Below, one piece after another: positions 1 to 11,900 of a DNA stretch of 64,000 bases. The stretch is taken from positions 17,319 through 81,318 of IMG/VR virus record IMGVR_UViG_3300030061_003724, one strand, 5' to 3'. The position numbers and the translations under genes are program-made. This DNA comes from a virus. The notes below the pieces were generated by a model. It had not been told where the DNA came from. It made no database searches and saw nothing but the letters and a program-made list of their open reading frames with translations. Every line of letters begins with the position of its first letter. The stretch's first letter is position 1.

Positions 1-182
1 TGTAGGATCATAAAATACAGGAATAGGCATAATAGCGTCATTATCTGTACCTGCTACAAACTTAGATATTTTTCTTAGGATAACTCCTGATTGGAAAATA
101 CTATTACCTTCAGAATTTTTAATCCCTTCAGTAGTTTTTAAATCAACATTTAGTTGAGGTTGTTGTGGGTTTTGATTACTCA

Positions 183-1094
183 TTACTTATTATTTATTAA
201 ATTATTAATTAAACTCATTATATTTATCTCTTTATCAATTCTAAAATTAGCTTTATATTGATGCTCATTAATTAGAATAGCCACTGTACCTGCTTTACCA
301 GGAAGATACTCGTCAGCTTTATCATATAAAAACCTAAATACTTCTTCAAAATCATCTACATTTGAATCAGCAATGATTTGTCTAATAGTATTAAATTTAG
401 GTTTATCTTTTTTCAACTCAGTTAGAATAGCAGACAAATAACTGGTACTGACAAGTAGAGAATCATCGAGTATTAACTTGTTCTCAATATTACTTGCCTG
501 TATAGTATTAAGCATTTTCCTTAGATCAGGATAATATTTATTGACTATTTTACCAATGGCAGTTGGTTCATAACTTATGCTCTCACTATCACAAATACCA
601 GCTAAATGTACAGCTACTTGTTTTCTTGTTGGTGGTACTACTTTAAATGTTGTACACCTTGATTGTAAAGGGTCTATTACACGCTCAATATAATTACACG
701 TTAAAATAAATCTAGTTGTTCTGGAAAACGTTTCGATTATATTTCGAAGTGATGCTTGTGCTTGAATTGTAAGAAAATCTGCTTCATCTAAAATTACTAC
801 TTTAATAGGTTTAAATGATGCAACACTAGCAAACCCTGATACCTTATCCCTAATAGTTTCTATACCACGTTCATCAGAGGCATTAATATAAAGAGCATCA
901 CAATCTAAATTTTTAGTTATTAATTTAGCTAATGTTGTTTTACCTGTACCTGCAGGTCCATAAAACAAATAATTTTGGATATCATTTTGCTCTAGTTGTT
1001 TTGCAATAGAGTCTTTTAAACTCTTATTACCAACATAATCCTCTAATTTTATTGGTCTATATTTTTCGTTAAGTAAACTATTAGTATTCTCCAT
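183..1094 (-). CDS. Clamp loader AAA+ subunit (T4 gp44/RFC small subunit-like)
   Basis: EKYRP N-terminal motif, Walker A GPAGTGKT, INASDERGI, Walker B VILDEAD, SRC motif. Confidence 0.93.
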   Translation of the reverse strand: MENTNSLLNEKYRPIKLEDYVGNKSLKDSIAKQLEQNDIQNYLFYGPAGTGKTTLAKLITKNLDCDALYINASDERGIETIRDKVSGFASVASFKPIKVVILDEADFLTIQAQASLRNIIETFSRTTRFILTCNYIERVIDPLQSRCTTFKVVPPTRKQVAVHLAGICDSESISYEPTAIGKIVNKYYPDLRKMLNTIQASNIENKLILDDSLLVSTSYLSAILTELKKDKPKFNTIRQIIADSNVDDFEEVFRFLYDKADEYLPGKAGTVAILINEHQYKANFRIDKEINIMSLINNLINNK

Positions 1095-1347
1095 ATATTG
1101 AATAACGTTGTGGTTTTGGGTCTTCTATTACTTCTTCTTTAGTTGAAATAGCATATAATTCACTTTTTAGGGGTGCTAATCTATATTCACCTTTAAATCC
1201 AGTTTTAACCATATAAGCTTCTAACGTATCAGTTAAAGTTTTATGTACTCGACCTTCTGGCTCATCAGCTACTAACCTCCATTTATCACCAGGAGGAACT
1301 CTCCTGGCGATTAAAATGTTGTCTTCTTTTATTAATGTTTTGCTCAT
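1081..1347 (-). CDS. Hypothetical protein
   Basis: 88-aa ORF just downstream of a conserved promoter motif; overlaps the clamp-loader start. Confidence 0.7.
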   Translation of the reverse strand: MSKTLIKEDNILIARRVPPGDKWRLVADEPEGRVHKTLTDTLEAYMVKTGFKGEYRLAPLKSELYAISTKEEVIEDPKPQRYSIYGEY

Positions 1348-1353
1348 ATCTAT

Positions 1354-3378
<2,025 letters not shown>

Positions 3379-3392
<14 letters not shown>

Positions 3393-3690
3393 TAATGTAA
3401 TTTTTAATATTTGTTTCAATTGTTTTATAATGCTCTAAAAAATCACTTAGTGATTTATAAGATTCTTTTGTGTGTAACTGATCTTTAGTTACCCTTTCTA
3501 ATGCAGATCCGAAACTAGCATGGAAAGTAAGTGCTTTAGTATAAGTTTTACTTTTGCCTGTAGATCTGAAATGATTTGCGTCAGATTCAACTTTAATGTT
3601 GACCGTATAACAGTTCTCATCATTAGTAATGAAATAAGGTTCCAAATTTGGATCCTCAATCATTGTAATAGACTTTGGTTTTCTTGCCAT
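3379..3690 (-). CDS. Hypothetical protein
   Basis: 103-aa ORF overlapping the groES start. Confidence 0.7.
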
Positions 3691-3728
3691 ATAACTTTTA
3701 TTAGGTTTTTTAAATTAAATGTGACATC

Positions 3729-3757
3729 AATATACGTAAAAAACATTGCTAGGACAC
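3729..3757 (-). promoter_or_regulatory. Class-1 promoter candidate (CGTATATT, weak upstream element)
   Basis: CGTATATT in the intergenic gap upstream of the hypothetical-groES-groEL unit; upstream box reads GTGT. Confidence 0.5.
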
Positions 3758-3775
3758 GTTTTTTTGATAAAACTA

Positions 3776-4198
3776 TTATTTAATTTTAATTGATTTTGGT
3801 TTAGCTTCTTCAGCTAACGGTATAAAAATTTCTAATAGACCATTTGTTAAAGATGCATCAATTAAACCTAAATCAAATTTAGGAGCAATTTTATATCTTA
3901 AATCAAATGATTTTTTAGATAAACCATTATGAATCATTCCTTTATGAAATTCTTCTTTTTCTGGTTTGGTATAACTGATTTTTAAAATATCCCCTTCAAT
4001 ATCTAAGACTACGTCTTTTTTAGTAAGACCAGTACAAGCTACTTCAAAATGAAGTCCTGCATCGTCAAAGAAAATATTAAGTGGGTGTGGTTGTTTTGTA
4101 TCTGAAGCTGGTTGAAATGTGCTGTCAGATTTAAAGTGATTCCTAAAAAGGATGTCGAAAGGACTTATATGCCTTTCAAAGATTTCTAATGTACTCAT
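3776..4198 (-). CDS. Small heat-shock protein (Hsp20/alpha-crystallin)
   Basis: PLNI..FEVACTGL.K.DV...IEGDILKIS; terminal ASLTNGLLEIFIP...KSIKIK. Confidence 0.9.
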   Translation of the reverse strand: MSTLEIFERHISPFDILFRNHFKSDSTFQPASDTKQPHPLNIFFDDAGLHFEVACTGLTKKDVVLDIEGDILKISYTKPEKEEFHKGMIHNGLSKKSFDLRYKIAPKFDLGLIDASLTNGLLEIFIPLAEEAKPKSIKIK

Positions 4199-4303
4199 AT
4201 CATTTTTATTTTGTGAGGCCGAAGCTCTCGGTTAATTTAAAAACACAACTTGTGCCCTAGCTACATGTTTTGTTTATTATACATATATGATAATAAGGAA
4301 AAG

Positions 4304-4621
4304 TTACTTCTCCAAACTATCTTGAAATTTTTCTTCATCTTCTTTACTCATAAAAGCTGCCCATTTTCCTTTAGGGCATGAAGCTGATAATGATCTTATT
4401 TTTAATGATAAAATACAACCACAATCAGAACAACAAGGTTGAGAACCTGGTACTGCGCAATAATGACCTACATGATCAATATATTGACAACTATCACATA
4501 TTCTCCATCTTTGAGCAGCTACTTCTTCAACATCTTGCTTAGTGAATACTTTATTTTTTATACCCTCTAAAATTTGAGGCATATTACCAAAAGCACCAAT
4601 AAGTTTGTTAAATCGGCTCAT
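4304..4621 (-). CDS. Small Cys-rich, probably Zn-binding protein (DUF6171-like)
   Basis: R..ICDSC...CSDCGC...K.....CPKGKW pattern. Confidence 0.6.
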   Translation of the reverse strand: MSRFNKLIGAFGNMPQILEGIKNKVFTKQDVEEVAAQRWRICDSCQYIDHVGHYCAVPGSQPCCSDCGCILSLKIRSLSASCPKGKWAAFMSKEDEEKFQDSLEK

Positions 4622-5244
4622 TACTCTGCGTCAAAAAAGAATATATGAAATAATCTCGATGAATTAATATCCCATCCAAAGTAATCAGTTGCTGAATGGA
4701 TTAATTTAGCATCCCATATTACTAATCTGTTAAATACATTTCCTACAGTATCAACTAATTCATATGGTGTTCTATCTACAAATGTTTTACCATTAAATGC
4801 TTCATGAATATTTTCTTCACCACCTCTTAATCCTGTTTCTTTATGTTTAAAGAAAGAAGTACCTGTTGCTACAGGAGCATCTGGAGTCATGTAAATACAA
4901 GCAGCCCAAGTTTGTTCATCACAATGATAAACTAAAGGTGTACCTGCTTTGTTTGATTGGAACCTACCATTCATTGTATGTCCTTCCCATTCAGTAATTT
5001 TCATACCTAAAATGGATTCAAATTTTTCTTTAGTACCATCAAAGAAGTATTGCTTTCTAGTTCTATAACCTAAATAACCTTCATCATCATGATACCATTG
5101 ATCTAATGCAAAATCTCTTACTGCATAGGGATCATCATAAAAATTTTCACACACAAATATTTTTTTATCTGGTGATGAAACTTTAAATTGATCTGAATTA
5201 ATGTGTCCGTATTCTGAATTTGGATCTGAGTCGTATATGTTCAT
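4621..5244 (-). CDS. 2OG-Fe(II) oxygenase-like protein (DUF6445-like)
   Basis: ENFYDDP, HCD (HxD), GTSFF, NVFNRLVIWD..LIHS, R.FHIFFFD. Confidence 0.75.
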   Translation of the reverse strand: MNIYDSDPNSEYGHINSDQFKVSSPDKKIFVCENFYDDPYAVRDFALDQWYHDDEGYLGYRTRKQYFFDGTKEKFESILGMKITEWEGHTMNGRFQSNKAGTPLVYHCDEQTWAACIYMTPDAPVATGTSFFKHKETGLRGGEENIHEAFNGKTFVDRTPYELVDTVGNVFNRLVIWDAKLIHSATDYFGWDINSSRLFHIFFFDAE

Positions 5245-5253
5245 AATTTTAAT

Positions 5254-5976
5254 TTATTCGTTTCTTGCTATATAATAATAACTATTGATTTCTTCTGATT
5301 GAAACGTTAGTTTCATCATTCCTTTAACTGATACTTGTAATGTTGCTCCTTCCATATCTTTATTAGCACTTAATACGTCTTTAAAGATATTTGAATTAAA
5401 CGGCAACTCAATATCATTTTTTAATATTGTACCTTGAGCTTGATAAGTAATTTTATTGGAAAATCCAGTGTTATCACCAAATATGAATTCACATATATTA
5501 TTACCATCAAAATCAGATGTTGTTGTAATTAACATGTTATCTACATCAGCTAATGCACTTTTTGCTTTAATTAAATGATCTACATCTTCAGCTGTTAATT
5601 CTAATTCTATTTCAAATTGTTCTGGATCTTCATACCATGTTGCTTTAGGTAAAATTAATGGATCAGCTAATGAATATGTTAAATCAAAATTAGAATCAGC
5701 TATATGCATTTTAGTAAATATAGACTTCATTTTTTCTAATTTTAATAGTAAATCACCGTTCATGATATTAACTAATTTATTTAATTTATTAGTATCAAAT
5801 ACACCTAATTCACCATCTTCTAATTGGAAATTATTTAATTCAACTTTACATACTCTGCCTTTTTCACCAGCATAGATAGTAAGAGCATTATCTTTAATTC
5901 TCCATTTAACCTGATTATTTAATCCATTTAAATAATACTTTGATATAACACTTTGCAAAACATTTTTACTTATCAT
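5254..5976 (-). CDS. Sliding clamp (T4 gp45-like)
   Basis: 240 aa; ELGVFDTNKL resembles the gp45 GIYDL region; terminal YYYIA; lies between polymerase and clamp loader. Confidence 0.7.
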   Translation of the reverse strand: MISKNVLQSVISKYYLNGLNNQVKWRIKDNALTIYAGEKGRVCKVELNNFQLEDGELGVFDTNKLNKLVNIMNGDLLLKLEKMKSIFTKMHIADSNFDLTYSLADPLILPKATWYEDPEQFEIELELTAEDVDHLIKAKSALADVDNMLITTTSDFDGNNICEFIFGDNTGFSNKITYQAQGTILKNDIELPFNSNIFKDVLSANKDMEGATLQVSVKGMMKLTFQSEEINSYYYIARNE

Positions 5977-6863
5977 AACTCAATATTTTTTTCTTTAATT
6001 AATTGACTTGGGCTAACACCATTTTCACATCTACTGCAAATATCATATGTAGTTAGAGGTGGTGGCATTAAATCATCATAATCTTCTTCTAATATATTTC
6101 CCAATATTTTTTCTAAACTATAATCCTGACAACATACGGAAAGATCTCCGTTAGGCAAACAAACTTGATGATAAACGTGTTCTATACAACCACAAGTACT
6201 AGGTCCTTTTTGTGGTGCATGATGAACTCTATCCATTACTTTTTCTAATGCTGGTTTCATAGTTGCTTCACCTACTAAATTTCCTGCTCTATTCCAAAAT
6301 GGAGGAACATGAACATCAGACCATAAATCACTACAAAATTCGTGAACTGGCCCCATAGACATAATATAAAAAGCTTGAATGTGTCCCTCAAGTTCTTTTA
6401 ATCTTTCATATACTTTTCTTAATCTTGGAGTAAGTGGATGTTCTGCTATTCGTTCTGCATCTGGTAAATGTAAAGTAAAACCACCATTAGGTCCTAAAGC
6501 CCAAGGCATATCTTTTAATCTTTCTACATCATCTAAAGTCATACCTACTCCAGTTGTAAATGCTGATAAAGGGTGCCCTTTATAATGAGCATATTCTACC
6601 ATTTTAGTACATTCTCTATTTAACCAAGGTTCAGTAAAACCAGACATTGTAATTCTTACTTCTTGAGGAATTTTATCACATATAGTAACAAAATTTTCTA
6701 ATGATAATGTTTTAGGTTTACCTTTATGGGCATGATATATTTTTTCTAATGTTCTTTGAGGACAATAAGCACAATTAATAACACACCCCTTAGGTGAAAT
6801 AGAGGTAGTAAACTCCATTGTTGGCCATTTTGATGTTCTCCAATAATCTTTTTTCATGCTCAT
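5973..6863 (-). CDS. Radical SAM enzyme with C-terminal SPASM/twitch-like Cys domain
   Basis: CVINCAYC (CxxxCxxC), SGFTEP, TTG; C-terminal C..PNGDLSVCCQD...CSRC. Confidence 0.88.
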   Translation of the reverse strand: MSMKKDYWRTSKWPTMEFTTSISPKGCVINCAYCPQRTLEKIYHAHKGKPKTLSLENFVTICDKIPQEVRITMSGFTEPWLNRECTKMVEYAHYKGHPLSAFTTGVGMTLDDVERLKDMPWALGPNGGFTLHLPDAERIAEHPLTPRLRKVYERLKELEGHIQAFYIMSMGPVHEFCSDLWSDVHVPPFWNRAGNLVGEATMKPALEKVMDRVHHAPQKGPSTCGCIEHVYHQVCLPNGDLSVCCQDYSLEKILGNILEEDYDDLMPPPLTTYDICSRCENGVSPSQLIKEKNIEL

Positions 6864-6864
6864 A

Positions 6865-7797
6865 TTATATCTCAAAAGATGCTAATGCATCAATATGTGG
6901 ATTTAAATCTAAACTCCACTCTAAATCATTAAAAAATCCTTCTAATTTATTTAATAAAATTGAATCAAATACTTTTTGTCTATCAGCATAAGTATTTAAA
7001 AATTCTAATATTTTATTAGGCATATCATAATCAAAAAATGCTAATGCTTCTATTTTATAAGGATTATCTTTTAAATAAATCCATTTAACTTTGTCTGCCA
7101 TTGTTATTTGATTATGTTTTTTATCTAATTGCCACAATTTTAATAAATCATTATAACGAATAGCTGCCCTAACAGGTGCAGGAGCACCTTTAAGTATTTC
7201 AGTAAACATTTCTCCAGCTCTAGATCTACCTTGATATTTATCTAATTTTTTAACTGATGTAGGATTACCTAACTTAGCTAATGGTATAGAACCATCTAAT
7301 ATTTGTTTTTTAAACACTTTAATTTGTTTTAAAACATTAACTTTAGTTTCACCCTTTAATACTTGTTCTAAAATACTGTTAAAGAAATCCCCTAATATAG
7401 GTGGAAAATTAGCTTTCATGAACTCTAAACCTTTAATATCTAAAGATTCTTTTTCAATACCTTCCTGTTTAGTAATCCACTGTGCATATCTTCTAGTAGC
7501 CCTAAAATAAGCAGCTCTGATTACACATTCAGTCTTCATTTCTAATCTATGCTCATTAACATTAAAAGCTTCACGAGCTAATCTATCATAATCTTCTGTT
7601 ATAATATCTTGGTATGCTAGAGCAACTTGTTCTAATTTATCATCTTTTTCTTTATCAGGAAATTCTTCAAAATTAGGATATAAATGCTTTAATATAGGTT
7701 CTGCATTAAAATAATTAGAATCTGTGTCAACATAAGCACAGTAATTCTCATCATCTTTATCACATATCCACCAAGGAGTATCTTCTATATGTTTCAT
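6865..7797 (-). CDS. Family-B DNA polymerase, C-terminal half (palm motif C and thumb)
   Basis: YVDTDS near the N-terminus, RRYA, IKGLE; no motifs A or B. Confidence 0.9.
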   Translation of the reverse strand: MKHIEDTPWWICDKDDENYCAYVDTDSNYFNAEPILKHLYPNFEEFPDKEKDDKLEQVALAYQDIITEDYDRLAREAFNVNEHRLEMKTECVIRAAYFRATRRYAQWITKQEGIEKESLDIKGLEFMKANFPPILGDFFNSILEQVLKGETKVNVLKQIKVFKKQILDGSIPLAKLGNPTSVKKLDKYQGRSRAGEMFTEILKGAPAPVRAAIRYNDLLKLWQLDKKHNQITMADKVKWIYLKDNPYKIEALAFFDYDMPNKILEFLNTYADRQKVFDSILLNKLEGFFNDLEWSLDLNPHIDALASFEI

Positions 7798-8162
7798 TTA
7801 TACTCTTTTATATCTTTAAAATTAGATCCAGTAATAATATTAATATCATTTTTTAACTGGTTTCTAACTTCATTATACTCAAATATTAATCTAGATGAAG
7901 TAATAAAATCTTTATCTTTAATTTTTTTATTCCTTACTCTATTTTCTAGATCCCACAATATACGATTTACTTTTGATAACTCCAAAAACAATACCTTAAC
8001 TTCTTTACCATTTTTTGTAAATAAATCTACAACACCAGGATTTAAAGTTTGAAATTCTTTTTCAACATTAGCTAGATTTTCAGGATTTTCCATATTCAAT
8101 TTTTTAATCTCTAAAATTGAAATTCTATCTAATAATTCGCCATTTGAAATCTCTATTTTCAT
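7794..8162 (-). CDS. Hypothetical protein (DUF6165-like)
   Basis: IEISNGELLDRISILEIK...N..LWDLE..R...N..R...K..IN pattern. Confidence 0.7.
   Translation of the reverse strand: MKIEISNGELLDRISILEIKKLNMENPENLANVEKEFQTLNPGVVDLFTKNGKEVKVLFLELSKVNRILWDLENRVRNKKIKDKDFITSSRLIFEYNEVRNQLKNDINIITGSNFKDIKEYK
7957..7985 (-). promoter_or_regulatory. Class-1 promoter candidate inside a CDS, upstream of the PolB C-terminal half
   Basis: Perfect TTGG-N17-CGTATATT match about 160 nt before the start at 7797. Confidence 0.6.
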
Positions 8163-8163
8163 T

Positions 8164-8436
8164 TTAAAATGTTTTATCTCCTCCTGGTAATTTAGGTACT
8201 GTTACTGGTCTATTTCCTGTTGAATCAATATCATTTTTTGGTTCAACGATTATTCTATAAGGGGTATTATTAATTTTAAAACTTCCTCCTTGTTTAAGCA
8301 TTTTTCTAAAAAATCTCTCTTGTGATTCTGTCCACCCTTCACTAATTACAATCAATTCTTCTTTTGATAATTTTTCATTTGTTTTACCTATATAAACTTC
8401 TACGTTACCTCTTATTGATTGTTTTTTTAGTGTCAT
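8164..8436 (-). CDS. Hypothetical protein between the PolB halves
   Basis: 90-aa ORF with an ATGA overlap on the PolB-N stop. Confidence 0.75.
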   Translation of the reverse strand: MTLKKQSIRGNVEVYIGKTNEKLSKEELIVISEGWTESQERFFRKMLKQGGSFKINNTPYRIIVEPKNDIDSTGNRPVTVPKLPGGDKTF

Positions 8437-10130
8437 ATTTTTAATTTTAATTCGCCTCTAATTACTTTATTCATATGTCTATTAGCACATAAAGCACTTT
8501 CTTGTATAATTCTTTGTCCTGATAGTGTAATAGCTTCTGATAAGATTACATTACCATATCTGAAACTACCTAATGCTGTTGCTCCATATAAACTATTAAG
8601 CAAAATTTTCATTGTATATTGCATTAAATAGTTATATTCACCTTTTTCTGTGTCTCCAGCTTTATAAGCTGATTTCATACGTCCCTTATAAATAACACGT
8701 TCTTCAAACCATTTTTTAAGAATTGTAGATAATACTGATTCTCTATCTGTCTCAAAAAATACCCCATTAGCTGATATTGCTAAGTTGTTTTCTTCAATCA
8801 TTTGAATTAGTTTTTTTACAGGTACATATGCTTGTCTACGATGTTTATTTTCTACTAATAATTCTTCTTCAGGGTCACGTTCTTTTAAATCGTTAAGTGC
8901 CAATCTATTATTACGGTCATCTGCATCTATGATACGTCCCTTGAGTGTTTCTTTACCTATGTTTATACTCATTATAATTGATGGATACAGCGATGTTAAA
9001 TCTTCATCAAACATATACTTGTATAATCCTGCTTTAGGGCAAAATAAATAACCACCAGCATAATTCTTTTTATGAATTGGATTTTCATCTCTTCTAGGTG
9101 GAATAATTCCTTGAGATAATAGATAAGCTGAAATGGCACCATCTTGTGATACCGTATTAGCATAAACTTCACTATAATTATGTTTTCCTTTATGAGATAA
9201 GTTTTTAGTTAAAGCAATATACTGTAACTTTTCATCTAATAATTTTAATATTTCAACATCACGGAAGTTATACTGAATAAATTTCTGAATATCAGTTTCA
9301 AATAATTGATCTAGGTTTCCTTCATAATCAACTTTACCTACTTTAGCATATTTTTCTCCAATAGCATCTAATTTCCAGCTTGGTTCATCTTTCCAACTAT
9401 ACTTTTTATGTAAACGCATATAATCTAAAGATTCAACTCCAATAATTTCTACAAATTGATTACGCTTAAACCAATATTGATTACCTTTTCTACAATTTAC
9501 TTTACCAATTGGGGATAAATGTCTAGCAAAATCTTCACCTATTGTATTACACATTCTATAGTACAAATAAGGAATATCAAAGAAATCACTATTATAACCT
9601 ATTAAAATATCTGGGTCTATGTCTCTAATAAACTCAATAAATTTACCTAGTAATTCATTTTCAGTTCTACAAGGTATAATTTCTTTATTTTTAGCTTTAG
9701 TATGTTTTAATTGATTCTTTTTATCAAGAATTAAAATATGCCAAGTATCAGGTGTTTTATCCCACCAAGCAATTGAAGTAATAGGCATAGGAGCACTTTC
9801 AATATAATCTTCAGTTAATGCACCTCCTATTTCACACTCAATATCAAAAAATACTTCTCTATGACCAGTAGAAGGTGTATCATCAGTACCATATCTTTCA
9901 ATTAAATATTTTTGATATGGCTTCATATCATGGAAATGAATGTTTGAAGTATTTTTATCCCATTTATAAGTTTTAGTTAGTTTTTCACCATTAATGCCTT
10001 TAAGGTTACCATTTGAATCTTCAACATAAGCTGGGTTCCACCATTCTATTTCGTCATAGCCTGCTTCGTCCCAAAGATGTATTTTGAATTTATTTTTACC
10101 TAAATTTGTTGCGTAGCATTTTTTATACAT
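8433..10130 (-). CDS. Family-B DNA polymerase, N-terminal half (3'-5' exonuclease, motifs A and B)
   Basis: FDIE (ExoI), GYNSDFFD (ExoII), YNFRD (ExoIII), DLTSLYPSII (motif A), KILLNSLYG (motif B); ends before motif C. Confidence 0.93.
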   Translation of the reverse strand: MYKKCYATNLGKNKFKIHLWDEAGYDEIEWWNPAYVEDSNGNLKGINGEKLTKTYKWDKNTSNIHFHDMKPYQKYLIERYGTDDTPSTGHREVFFDIECEIGGALTEDYIESAPMPITSIAWWDKTPDTWHILILDKKNQLKHTKAKNKEIIPCRTENELLGKFIEFIRDIDPDILIGYNSDFFDIPYLYYRMCNTIGEDFARHLSPIGKVNCRKGNQYWFKRNQFVEIIGVESLDYMRLHKKYSWKDEPSWKLDAIGEKYAKVGKVDYEGNLDQLFETDIQKFIQYNFRDVEILKLLDEKLQYIALTKNLSHKGKHNYSEVYANTVSQDGAISAYLLSQGIIPPRRDENPIHKKNYAGGYLFCPKAGLYKYMFDEDLTSLYPSIIMSINIGKETLKGRIIDADDRNNRLALNDLKERDPEEELLVENKHRRQAYVPVKKLIQMIEENNLAISANGVFFETDRESVLSTILKKWFEERVIYKGRMKSAYKAGDTEKGEYNYLMQYTMKILLNSLYGATALGSFRYGNVILSEAITLSGQRIIQESALCANRHMNKVIRGELKLKI

Positions 10131-10275
10131 GCAATTTTGATAATATGGTTTTTATTTCTTCTACTTTATATTTACATTCTTGTCCCTCACACAAGTCTTG
10201 ACAACATCTATCTGTATTCAGGTAAATGAAATCTAATAATTCTTCTACTTTATCTAAATCTCCTTCTTCTAACAT
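10123..10275 (-). CDS. 50-aa Cys-containing peptide (absent from ORF track)
   Basis: MLEEGDLDKVEELLDFIYLNTDRCCQDLCEGQECKYKVEEIKTILSKLHV fills the gap; TAATG coupling upstream, overlap with polB start downstream. Confidence 0.6.
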   Translation of the reverse strand: MLEEGDLDKVEELLDFIYLNTDRCCQDLCEGQECKYKVEEIKTILSKLHV

Positions 10276-10841
10276 TAAATCCCTAAATGTTGTTGTGGTC
10301 TAGTTTTTTGTATTTCATCTACTGTAAAGAATTGATGTAAATCAGGTCTAAAATAATTAATTGATTTCATTACTTTACGATCTCTGCTTCTATAGACAAT
10401 CCATCTTCCTGGTGCAACTTCTTCATAATGGCAGGCCTCACCTTGTTCCTTACTTCTCTGGCTGACGGTCTGTATGGCTTCTTCTTCAGTTTTACAAGCT
10501 TTCGACATATTGCTTGCTTGTACCTCTTGATAAGCGGGCCATATCTTATCCTTAAGACCGTGTAACATAACACCGTTCCCAAGGGAAACATAAGTAATGT
10601 CGCACAAAGCGTCCAAAATTTCCACAATGTCGCCCCGTTCGCAAGCTTCTCTATACTCTTCAAGTTCTTCGAGGACAAAATCGTAGACGAATTGCCATTC
10701 CTTTTGATCTGGAATTGTAACTTCATAATTATTAGGTTTATTAAATGTTTCGTTAAATGTTTCCACTTCATTAACAAACGGAACATTACCGTTTTCCTTC
10801 GAATTGTAGACGTCAAAGTCTAATTTTAGTTGTTTACTCAT
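10275..10841 (-). CDS. MazG/HisE-like all-alpha NTP pyrophosphohydrolase
   Basis: EELEEY...EILDALCDITYV...EVQASNMSK; start moved to MSKQL. Confidence 0.85.
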   Translation of the reverse strand: MSKQLKLDFDVYNSKENGNVPFVNEVETFNETFNKPNNYEVTIPDQKEWQFVYDFVLEELEEYREACERGDIVEILDALCDITYVSLGNGVMLHGLKDKIWPAYQEVQASNMSKACKTEEEAIQTVSQRSKEQGEACHYEEVAPGRWIVYRSRDRKVMKSINYFRPDLHQFFTVDEIQKTRPQQHLGI

Positions 10842-11227
10842 TTTAGATAATCTTGTATTGTTATTGAATCTTCTCTTTCCCATGGATATACTATCCATTG
10901 ATCACTTACTTCCTTAGCATAAAAATTATGTTGAAATTTAGAAGTAGGTTTATGATGTAAAGTAGCCCAGTATACACCTGGTGCTTTACTCAATGTCTCT
11001 CCTGTATCATTAATATCATCTACTACTAAAGTATTTTTACCTGGGTGTAATACAAAAGGTAAATCAATTTCATGTGAAATTAATACTGCTGGGATTAAAC
11101 CTCCTCTCGGTAATCCCATTACTGAATCTATATTTGGATAATCTGTTAGAATTTTTTTACATAATATGTTTACACATTCATGTATTTCAGACCATTCAAG
11201 GTATACTTTAGATATTGTGTCCGCCAT
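10838..11227 (-). CDS. Type I phosphoribosyltransferase (xanthine-guanine PRT-like)
   Basis: GLPRGGLIPA, LVVDDINDTGET PRPP-binding loop, WIVYPWE. Confidence 0.88.
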   Translation of the reverse strand: MADTISKVYLEWSEIHECVNILCKKILTDYPNIDSVMGLPRGGLIPAVLISHEIDLPFVLHPGKNTLVVDDINDTGETLSKAPGVYWATLHHKPTSKFQHNFYAKEVSDQWIVYPWEREDSITIQDYLK

Positions 11228-11900
11228 TATTTATTTTTAAACTATCAAAGAATTCTTTTCTAGCTAGGTTATCATTTTCTCTAAATACTCCTGTTGCTTT
11301 AGTTGTAACCATAGCAGCACCTTGATGTTTAACACCTCTACAACTTACACAATTATGTGTTCCTACTACTGTAACAATTACACCTTTATTATTTTCACAA
11401 ATTTTATTTACAGCATTATGGATTGCTGATGTTAGTTGTTCTTGAATTGCTCCTCTTCTTCCAAACAATTCTACTATTCTATTTAACTTAGATAATCCAA
11501 TTACTCTACCATTATCTCCAACAACATATCCAATATGAACTACACCTCCAATTGTTTGATGGTGATGTGAACACATTGAAGTTAACGGTATATTTCGTTC
11601 TATAACAATGCCATCATAACCATCTGATGGGAATGATGTGATTGGAGACATCTGTGTGTATCTACCAGCCCACAAATCATTTACATATGCTTTAGCTACT
11701 CTCATAGGAGTATCAGCTGAGTTGGGATCATTCTGCCAATCACATTTTAATGCCTCTAAAAATCGGGCATATGCTTTAGCAGCTTTGTTTATCATTTTTT
11801 GTTTTTCTTTATCGTTTAGAGGAAATCCAGGTGCAACTCCATTTGCGAATCCTTCTTGTACTACCTCTAAGTCGTTGTGATTTTTTCTACGATTGCTCAT
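11208..11900 (-). CDS. folE: GTP cyclohydrolase I
   Basis: DTPMRVAK, SMCSHH, GLSKLNR, QEQLT, HNCVSCRG. Confidence 0.95.
   Translation of the reverse strand: MSNRRKNHNDLEVVQEGFANGVAPGFPLNDKEKQKMINKAAKAYARFLEALKCDWQNDPNSADTPMRVAKAYVNDLWAGRYTQMSPITSFPSDGYDGIVIERNIPLTSMCSHHHQTIGGVVHIGYVVGDNGRVIGLSKLNRIVELFGRRGAIQEQLTSAIHNAVNKICENNKGVIVTVVGTHNCVSCRGVKHQGAAMVTTKATGVFRENDNLARKEFFDSLKINNGGHNI

Noticed and set aside
7797-8433. Split intein or group I intron rejoining the PolB halves
   Set aside because: No Cys/Ser-starting intein N-block, no His-Asn terminus, no endonuclease motif and no noncoding space; the intervening ORFs are tightly coupled genes
10370-10816. 148-aa alternative-frame ORF within the MazG-like gene
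   Set aside because: Fully nested in a gene with clear family motifs and has none of its own; most likely a chance open frame
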